IMG/VR virus record: IMGVR_UViG_3300012971_000020
Coordinates: 6,928-70,927 of that record
Length of the DNA stretch: 64,000 bases
From: a virus
Taxonomy: Duplodnaviria > Caudoviricetes
Strand: one strand, 5' to 3'
A program made the translations under genes and the position numbers. A model generated the notes under the pieces. It saw only the letters and a program-made list of their open reading frames with translations. It was not told the DNA's origin and searched no databases. Position 1 is the stretch's first letter, and each line of letters begins with the position of its first letter. This document shows positions 57,395 through 64,000 of the stretch, in pieces.

Positions 57395-57835
57395 ATGGCA
57401 ACCGATCCTGCTCTCCGCGTCCTGAAGCGCATCGATATCACCGAGCCTGGCTGCTGGGTCTGGCCAGGGTCGAAGACCCCGAACGGGTACGGCACGGTCA
57501 ATGCTCGTCCGCCCTACGTAGATCGACAGAAGCCCCTGCTGGTGCACCGGGTGATGTACCAGCACTTCATCGGAGACATCCCGGAAGGTCTGGAGCTGGA
57601 TCACCTGTGCCGGGACAGGCTGTGCTGCAACCCGGTCCATCTGGAACCGGTAACCAGGCTGGAGAACATCCATCGGGGCAGCAAGTACCAGCCGGACAGT
57701 TGCATCCGCGGGCATCCCTACCCAGAGTTCATGTACGTCAGGCCCAACGGCTACGTGTGCTGCCGGGAGTGTGGGCGGATCTACGACAGTCGGAAGGCGC
57801 GCCGTGCCCATCGTTCTAGGCCGAGGCCCTCGTAG
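57395..57835 (+). mobile_element. Free-standing HNH homing endonuclease
   Basis: CWVWPG...GYG...LVHRV.Y...ELDHLCR.R.CCNP.HLEPVT..EN..RG, C.RGH...C.EC; flanked by duplicated terL starts. Confidence 0.85.
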
Positions 57836-59306
57836 CGACGATGAGCTCTACGAGCTGGTCAAGGCCCTGTGGGGTATCACCATCCCCCGACACAAGGTGT
57901 GCGACGACCACGACGCACCCTTCGACGCCTTCGCCGAGGCCTACTTCCGCAGGATGCCCTCGATCCTGATCCACGGGTCTCGAGGACTGAGCGGCAAGTC
58001 TCGCCTGATGAGCATCCTCGGGCTGACCGTGGCCAGCGTCCTGGGCTCGGATGTGAACATCGTCGGCGGCTCGCTGAACCAGTCGATCAACATCCACAAC
58101 ACCATGCGCAACGCCTGGGAGTCCGACAACGCTCCCCGCTACCTGATCCGGGAGGAGACCGCGACCCGGATCAAGCTGACCAACAAGTCGATCATCATGC
58201 CGCTCACGGCCTCCCAGAAGTCGGTCCGTGGTCCGCACCCGCCGTCCCTGCTGCTGGACGAGATCGACGAGATGGACCTGGAGATCTTCGACGCATCCCT
58301 GGGTCAGCCGATGCCCCAGGAGAACTGGAAGGGCGACATCATCCGGCCGATGACGGTGATGACCTCGACCTGGCAGTACCCGGACAAGACCTTCGCCGAG
58401 GTCCAGCAGCGGTTCATCGACCGGGACGAGAAGATCTTCCGCTGGTGCTACAAGGACACCTCCAACCCGATCGACGGCTGGCTGGACGAGGAGACCATCG
58501 CCCAGAAGCGCCAGGAGATCCCGCGCGAGATGTGGCGGGTGGAGTACGACCTGGGTGAGCCGTCCATCGGCAACCGTGCCTTCGACACCGACGCGGTGGA
58601 GCGGATGTTCTCCCTGCCGACCGACACGATCAAGGAGAAGGTTCAGAAGGACTACGAGGAGTACCGGTTCGAGGAGTTCAAGATGGACCGGGAGTACGTG
58701 ATCGGCGCGGACTGGGCGCAGTCCCAGGACTGGACGGTGATCACCGTCGCGGACGTGACCTTCTTCCCGTGCAAGGTGGTGCACTGGCTGCGCTGCCGGC
58801 GGCGTCCCTATCCGGTGATGATCGGCTACTTCAACAAGCTGATGAAGGAGTTCAACGCCCAGGGGATCCACGACGCGACCGGGCTCGGCGCGGTGGTGGC
58901 CGACTACCTGGACCAGCGGGCTCGAGGCTTCCTGATGACCGGGATGAACCGGGACAACATGCTGAGCGAGTACATCAGCTCGGTGGAGAACGACCGCTGG
59001 AAGGTGCCTCGGATCTCCACCTTCTACAAGAACCACCTGTACTGCTCGGTGGAGCAGGTCTACGCCCGGGGCAAGGAGTACCACCTGCCCGACGAGGTGT
59101 GCTCGATGGCGCTGGTCTGGAAGTGCGTGTCCAACCGGGCGATCCCGGCGATCCCGGTGGTGCTGGCCGGCAACAACGACCCGACCTGGATCGAAGAGGA
59201 GATGCGCTACAACAAGGACGCCAAGCGTCCGGCTAAGAACTGGGTCATCGGCACGGTGGAGAACAAGACCCAACAGACCAGCCAGGACCTGGACCTGATG
59301 GTGTGA
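57804..59306 (+). CDS. terL: Terminase large subunit
   Basis: HGSRGLSGKS (Walker A), LLLDEIDE (Walker B), MTST, IGADWAQSQDWTV nuclease domain; start refined to GTG at 57804 after ggaagg. Confidence 0.9.
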   Translation: MPIVLGRGPRSDDELYELVKALWGITIPRHKVCDDHDAPFDAFAEAYFRRMPSILIHGSRGLSGKSRLMSILGLTVASVLGSDVNIVGGSLNQSINIHNTMRNAWESDNAPRYLIREETATRIKLTNKSIIMPLTASQKSVRGPHPPSLLLDEIDEMDLEIFDASLGQPMPQENWKGDIIRPMTVMTSTWQYPDKTFAEVQQRFIDRDEKIFRWCYKDTSNPIDGWLDEETIAQKRQEIPREMWRVEYDLGEPSIGNRAFDTDAVERMFSLPTDTIKEKVQKDYEEYRFEEFKMDREYVIGADWAQSQDWTVITVADVTFFPCKVVHWLRCRRRPYPVMIGYFNKLMKEFNAQGIHDATGLGAVVADYLDQRARGFLMTGMNRDNMLSEYISSVENDRWKVPRISTFYKNHLYCSVEQVYARGKEYHLPDEVCSMALVWKCVSNRAIPAIPVVLAGNNDPTWIEEEMRYNKDAKRPAKNWVIGTVENKTQQTSQDLDLMV

Positions 59307-59442
59307 GAGGTACCACCCTGGAGGAGGGTGCGGTCGAGCCCAAACAAAAGTTAGTCAGGGGTGACAGCCACGTTTGGGATTCGCCGATGCAACACCAACT
59401 CGGCCGTACCCGCCGGCGTGACAGTACCCAGACACTGAGACT

Positions 59443-60987
59443 GTGAGCAGCGCATTCGGAGTCGAGCACATCGCCAAGGCCGAGCGCCCCTGGTACAAGC
59501 GCGACGCCCAGGGCCGGTTCGCAGCCTGGTCGGCGAAGCCGAAGCCGCACGTCATGCCCGACGGGAAGAGCGCGGAGGGTGTCCCCTTCGACGACGACGA
59601 GTACGAGGACGAGGCCGAGTCCACCCGGGTGGACAAGAAGAGCATGTGGGCCAACGAGGGCACCGCACACCACAAGGAGTCGGTCCGACAGCTCGAGCTT
59701 GCTCACGACTACTATCGGTACCGCGGTGAGCACGACATGGCCGACGAGGTGGCCGACGACGTGGAGGAGTCGATCCGCCGGCACCACAAGTACCTGAAGA
59801 CCGGCACTACCGGGTTCGACGAGCAGAAGAAGTGGCTGGATCGCCGGGTGAAGCTACTGAACGAGCAGGATGTCAAGAAGTCCATGGTCGAGCCCGGGGT
59901 CTTCCGCGCGGCTAGGGCGATGACCGGGTTCGAACGTAACGTGGTCCGTACCGGTGGTCAGTACAAGGCTGCCCATGGCGTGAGCGAGGCTGGTCAGCGA
60001 TTCAAGGAAGTCCACGAGGCGGCGCACAAGCTAGCCAAGACCCCGATGTTCTCCTCGAACAGGGTCCAGGTGACTCCGGGGCTGGGGAGTGGGAGTGGCG
60101 GAACGGTGCGGCTCGGCTCCGCGAAGCGGGGGCGCTCGTTTGTTGGTGGCCAGGCCTCAGCGGAGCATGCACCGATGGTGCAGGCCCACGAGGAGCAGCA
60201 CGCGAACGTGAAGCGGAGCAGCTACCGGCTGCACGGCCAGGTGATGCAGGACCCGGAGAAGCTGCTGCGGGAGGAAGGGAGAGCTGACTACCACTCCCAT
60301 GGTCACTACTCCCACATCGACTTCAACAACGCCTCGGCGTACGCCACCGGTGCTCGAGCAGCGAAGCAGACCGAGACCCATGGCAAGGACGCACCCTTCT
60401 TCACCCACGAGGAGCACAAGATGCTCCAGGGGCACGGGCTGACCCAGACCCGTGAGGAACTGACCAACGAGCGGGTCATGCAGGGTGCGGCCAAGCAGGT
60501 CGATGCGAACACCCCGCACTACCGACTGTCCGAAGGTGAGCGAGGACACAAGGCGTTCAAGGCCTACGCCGACCTGCATGATCAGATGCGAGCCAAGGGC
60601 GTCCCGGAGAAGGGCGCGGTGGCGCAGCCGAAGTCCAAGCCAGCGGCGCAGACGGCACAGCCGAGGCAGTGGCGACCGGTCACGCCACCGCAGGCTCGAG
60701 CAGCGGCCAGTACCTCGAGCTCGGTGGCTCAGGGCTCCAACTCGCTGAGGGCACGGCTGTTCAGCCGGAAGAACGTGAACAAGGGACTGAACGCGCGGAA
60801 CATGGCTGCTCTGGAGCGGGTGGGCCGCGGGCTGGGCAAGGAGAACATGCGAGCCCAGGACTGGGCCAACGCCAAGCTCGCCAGCCGGCTGTCCGGTCGA
60901 GCCCAGAAGGACAGCATCCAGACCAGGCGAGCCAAGATCGACATGGCTCGAGCAGTGCGGCATGTGGGTCAGCAGCCGCTGCCGTGA
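59443..60987 (+). CDS. Basic modular protein with SAFG tag and HExxH metallopeptidase-like motif
   Basis: MSSAFGVEHIAKA; RDAQGRF; AHEEQHA...REEGRAD. Confidence 0.7.
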   Translation: MSSAFGVEHIAKAERPWYKRDAQGRFAAWSAKPKPHVMPDGKSAEGVPFDDDEYEDEAESTRVDKKSMWANEGTAHHKESVRQLELAHDYYRYRGEHDMADEVADDVEESIRRHHKYLKTGTTGFDEQKKWLDRRVKLLNEQDVKKSMVEPGVFRAARAMTGFERNVVRTGGQYKAAHGVSEAGQRFKEVHEAAHKLAKTPMFSSNRVQVTPGLGSGSGGTVRLGSAKRGRSFVGGQASAEHAPMVQAHEEQHANVKRSSYRLHGQVMQDPEKLLREEGRADYHSHGHYSHIDFNNASAYATGARAAKQTETHGKDAPFFTHEEHKMLQGHGLTQTREELTNERVMQGAAKQVDANTPHYRLSEGERGHKAFKAYADLHDQMRAKGVPEKGAVAQPKSKPAAQTAQPRQWRPVTPPQARAAASTSSSVAQGSNSLRARLFSRKNVNKGLNARNMAALERVGRGLGKENMRAQDWANAKLASRLSGRAQKDSIQTRRAKIDMARAVRHVGQQPLP

Positions 60988-61008
60988 CAGGACAGCCAGA
61001 CTGAGAGT

Positions 61009-62019
61009 GTGATCAGCGCGTTCGGAGTAGACCACGGTGGTGCGGTCAGCAAGTCGGAACGGCACAAGCGCGAGGCCGGTGCTGCGCTGGCCGGTGCCGG
61101 TGGACTGACCGCTGCCGGCGGGTTCATGGCCGGTGGCGTGCCGAGGGCCAAGGTCGACTCGATCAAGCTGCGGCACATCACCGAGAACCCCGCGGTCTCG
61201 AATGCACCCACCAAGCGCGCCAAGGCCAAGGAGATCGTCCGGAACATCCCCAAGGCCCGGAAGGGCTGGCAGGGCGGCATGGGCGGGTTCCGGGAGAGCG
61301 CCCACTACATCGTCGAGTCCACCGCGGGCAAGAAGCTGGCCGAGCGTGGTCCGGTGCACGAGATGACCCACGGGCAGGCGTTCAGCCACGGCGTGAGCGA
61401 GGGCAAGATCGAGCCCGAGCGGGTGATCATGCGGCAGATGAAGAATGTGCGCCGGGTGGGCCATGGGGTGCTGGGGGCTGGCCTCGGGATGACCGCCGGT
61501 GGAGTTGCGCTGGCTACGCACAAGCACCACGAGGTGAAGAAGGCCGACAGCAGCAACCGCAAGCGTGCTCAGACCGCCTCCGCTACCACCCTCGGTGTCG
61601 GGGGAACGGCTGCCGCGGCCAGCTACGGCGCGAAGCGAGTGTTCCGGGGCCAGGAACGGAAGTGGGAGGGACAGGCCAGGAAGCTGGTCGCTGAGTCTGG
61701 GCGGATGGCACCGGGGCTGGGCACGGAGATGGAGCGGTCGGATCCCAAGTCCAGGTGGAAGGGTCAGCTGATCCCGAAGAAGCTCGAGCAGAAGGCGATC
61801 AACGAGGGCGCGCTGGCTTCCAAGACCAAGCAAGCGGCCATGGAGGTCGGGCACATGCGCGGTGCGGCTCGGCAGGCTGCCTACTTCGGGCGGACCCACC
61901 ACGTCCACGCCAAGATCGCCGGCAAGGCGACGAAGGGCTCGCTGGCGGTGGCCGGCCTCGGTGCCGCAGGCTTAGTTGCGGACAAGGCTCACCGCAGTTG
62001 GAAGAAGAACTATGGCTGA
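61009..62019 (+). CDS. Basic protein with SAFG-tag N-terminus
   Basis: MISAFGVDHGGAVSKS; Gly/Ala-rich hydrophobic hairpins. Confidence 0.7.
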   Translation: MISAFGVDHGGAVSKSERHKREAGAALAGAGGLTAAGGFMAGGVPRAKVDSIKLRHITENPAVSNAPTKRAKAKEIVRNIPKARKGWQGGMGGFRESAHYIVESTAGKKLAERGPVHEMTHGQAFSHGVSEGKIEPERVIMRQMKNVRRVGHGVLGAGLGMTAGGVALATHKHHEVKKADSSNRKRAQTASATTLGVGGTAAAASYGAKRVFRGQERKWEGQARKLVAESGRMAPGLGTEMERSDPKSRWKGQLIPKKLEQKAINEGALASKTKQAAMEVGHMRGAARQAAYFGRTHHVHAKIAGKATKGSLAVAGLGAAGLVADKAHRSWKKNYG

Positions 62020-63958
62020 TGTGAGGCTCCCCGACGGCCGGGACATCTCGGTCTGGGACGAGGACAACGCCGGGGATGCGATCCCCAAGAACGTCGGCCC
62101 GTTCATCGAGCTCGGCGTCACCGGTGTCAAGCGCGTCTCCGGGTACATCGACGAGGAGTTCCTGCCTGCCCTTCGCGGTCGCAAGGCGGTCCGGGTCTAC
62201 CGGGAGATGTCGGCCAACGACTCCATGGTCGGAGCCCTGCTGTTCAGCATCGACAAGCTGATCCGCGAAGTGGAGTGGAAGGTGCTGCCGGCCGACCAGT
62301 CACCGATGAACGTGCAGGCCCAGGAGTTCCTCGAGTCCTGCATCGACGACATGAACATCCCCTGGGACAGCTTCATCGGTGAGGTGCTGTCCATGCTGGC
62401 CTACGGCTGGAGCTGGCACGAGATCGTCTACAAGCGCCGGCTGGGCCCCTGGCAGAACGACCCGCGGAAGCGATCCAAGTTCTCCGACGGGTTGATCGGC
62501 TGGCGGAAGATGCCGATCCGCGCTCAGGAGACCCTGATGCGCTGGTCGTTCGACGACACCGGTGGGATCCGGGCGATGGTGCAGATGGCACCCCCGAAGT
62601 ACCAGATGACGGTGATCCCGATCGAGAAGAGCGTGCTGTTCCGGACCGCCATCGCCAAGGGCAACCCGGAGGGCTACAGCCTGCTGCGGAACGCCTACCG
62701 GCCCTGGTACTTCAAGAAGCGGCTGGAGGAGTTCGAGGCGATCGGCGTCGAGCGCGACCTGGCCGGTATGCCGGTGGGCAAGGTACCTGCCGATTACCTG
62801 ACCGCGCAGAAGGGCACCCCGCAGGCCAAGACGGTGGACGCCTTCCGGAAGATGGTCCGCGGCGTACGGCGGGATGAGAACGAGGGCCTGGTCCTGCCCA
62901 CCCAGTACGACCCGGACACCAAGCAGCCGATGTTCGACTTCGAGCTGATGAACTCCGGCGGCACCCGGCAGTTCGACACCAACTCGATCATCCAGCGCTA
63001 CGAGCAGCGGATCCTGATGACGGTGCTGGCTGACTTCATCCTGGTCGGGCACGAGGACACCGGCAGCTACAGCCTGCACACCGACAAGACCGGGATCTTC
63101 CGGAGCGCCCTGAACGCCATCGCCAAGACCATCGCGGACACCCTGAATCGCTATGCAGTACCTAGGTTGTTCGCCGTCAACGGCTGGAAGCTGGACGAAC
63201 TGCCGCGGTTCGAGCCCACGAACGTAGATCCTCCTGCGCTGGACCAGCTGGCCGCGTTCATCTCCGCCACGGCCACCGCCGGCATGACCTGGTTCCCGGA
63301 CCCGGAGCTGGAGAAGTACCTGCGCGAGATCGCCCGGCTGCCGGAGATGACCGACGAGGATGTGGACTTCAAGCGCATGCAGCTCCAGCAGCAGCAGGCC
63401 ATGGAGTACGGCCAGAACCAGATGGACCTGCTCGGGATGAGCCAGAAGGCCGACATGATGAGCCAGGGCGGGATGACCCAGGAGCAGGCCGAGATGCAGG
63501 CCCAGCAGCCCACCCCGGACCAGCAGGCCCAGCAGCTCCAGATGGCCCAGGACCAGTTCGACGTGCAGAACCAGCCGCCGCCTGAGGACCCGAACGCCCA
63601 GCCGCAGCACGACCGGCAGATGCAGATGATGGCTGCCCAGGAGAAGACCGCCCAGGCCCAGCACGGCCGGGACAAGGAGAAGATGCGGCTGAGCGACACC
63701 ATGGCCGGCCGGGAGCATAAGCGGGGCAAGGAGATGATGCGGCTCAAGGACCGCTCAGCGGCAGCCAACGCGAAACTCCAGGGCAAGGCGATCAAGGACA
63801 AGGACCGCTCGGCCGGGATTGCTGCCAAACTGCAGTCACAGTCCATGCGCGACAAGGCCCGGTTCGCCCGGAGCGCACCGGTCAACCAGCCGGCGAAGAA
63901 GGCGGCAGCCAAGAAGACGACGGCCAAGAAGCAGCCACCGAAGAAGCGAGGCCGCTGA
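62012..63958 (+). CDS. Portal protein (DUF935/Mu gp29-like) with a long C-terminal extension
   Basis: VYREMSAND..VGA.L...GWSWHEIVY...GNPEG.SLLR.AYR.W..K...E.IG.ERD..G.P motifs; follows terL. Confidence 0.88.
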   Translation: MADVRLPDGRDISVWDEDNAGDAIPKNVGPFIELGVTGVKRVSGYIDEEFLPALRGRKAVRVYREMSANDSMVGALLFSIDKLIREVEWKVLPADQSPMNVQAQEFLESCIDDMNIPWDSFIGEVLSMLAYGWSWHEIVYKRRLGPWQNDPRKRSKFSDGLIGWRKMPIRAQETLMRWSFDDTGGIRAMVQMAPPKYQMTVIPIEKSVLFRTAIAKGNPEGYSLLRNAYRPWYFKKRLEEFEAIGVERDLAGMPVGKVPADYLTAQKGTPQAKTVDAFRKMVRGVRRDENEGLVLPTQYDPDTKQPMFDFELMNSGGTRQFDTNSIIQRYEQRILMTVLADFILVGHEDTGSYSLHTDKTGIFRSALNAIAKTIADTLNRYAVPRLFAVNGWKLDELPRFEPTNVDPPALDQLAAFISATATAGMTWFPDPELEKYLREIARLPEMTDEDVDFKRMQLQQQQAMEYGQNQMDLLGMSQKADMMSQGGMTQEQAEMQAQQPTPDQQAQQLQMAQDQFDVQNQPPPEDPNAQPQHDRQMQMMAAQEKTAQAQHGRDKEKMRLSDTMAGREHKRGKEMMRLKDRSAAANAKLQGKAIKDKDRSAGIAAKLQSQSMRDKARFARSAPVNQPAKKAAAKKTTAKKQPPKKRGR

Positions 63959-64000
63959 TGCCCTACAAGTCCATCCAGCAGATGCGGTTCATGCACGCCC
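63958..64000 (+). CDS. Start of a head-region gene (3'-truncated)
   Basis: TGATG coupling; MPYKSIQQMRFMHA... Confidence 0.55.
   Translation, partial: MPYKSIQQMRFMHA

Noticed and set aside
57331-57819. 162-codon ORF from the orphan terL start as a real gene, or ribosomal bypass/intron splicing joining it to terL
   Set aside because: It lies in a different frame from terL, overlaps the HNH, lacks motifs, and no group I/II intron core was seen; the duplicated start is more simply explained by insertion.
59307-59442. Known riboswitch (c-di-GMP, SAM-IV) or hammerhead ribozyme
   Set aside because: The conserved core nucleotides of those families were not found.
1-64000. tRNA, rRNA, integrase/attP, reverse transcriptase/DGR
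   Set aside because: No cloverleaf or TpsiC motifs, recombinase catalytic motifs, RT motifs or template/variable repeat pairs were recognised by eye.

Overview
The whole window reads as a contiguous piece of a GC-rich tailed dsDNA phage of Actinobacteria, probably a siphovirus: it has a long tape measure gene, WhiB, actinobacterial-style SD sequences and leaderless genes. No host housekeeping region, integrase, tRNA, rRNA or CRISPR array was seen. Layout: (1) 1-9.97 kb (+) 3' part of the tape measure gene with M23 and SLT domains, distal and minor tail genes, and an HNH; (2) 10.1-27.6 kb (-) a long early accessory arm of about 40 mostly small hypothetical genes (ParB-like, AAA ATPase, Zn-finger paralogs, two DUF6197-like, DUF4262), driven by four sigma70-type promoters, three of them followed by a structured leader and terminator; (3) 27.9-30.9 kb (-) an inverted tail-appendage module; (4) 30.9-45.4 kb (+) replication, recombination and regulation genes (DnaB helicase, primase, SSB, DnaE, Cas4-like nuclease, two EEP phosphoesterases, RuvC, WhiB, small terminase); (5) 45.4-64 kb (+) tail fibre genes, M23 endolysin and holin, an HNH inserted at the start of the large terminase gene, terL, two basic proteins and the portal. 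The most notable signals are: four unrelated basic proteins sharing an N-terminal SAFG(V/I)xH..xK tag (possible capsid-targeting or maturation signal); repeated promoter-hairpin-terminator leader units; a synonymously recoded duplicate of the terL 5' end flanking the HNH; genome-wide CTCGAG enrichment in a rare-codon register; and a di-glycine-tailed small protein coupled to a Cys-containing partner. All calls are by eye, with no database searches run. Start codons were refined manually from the ORF track.
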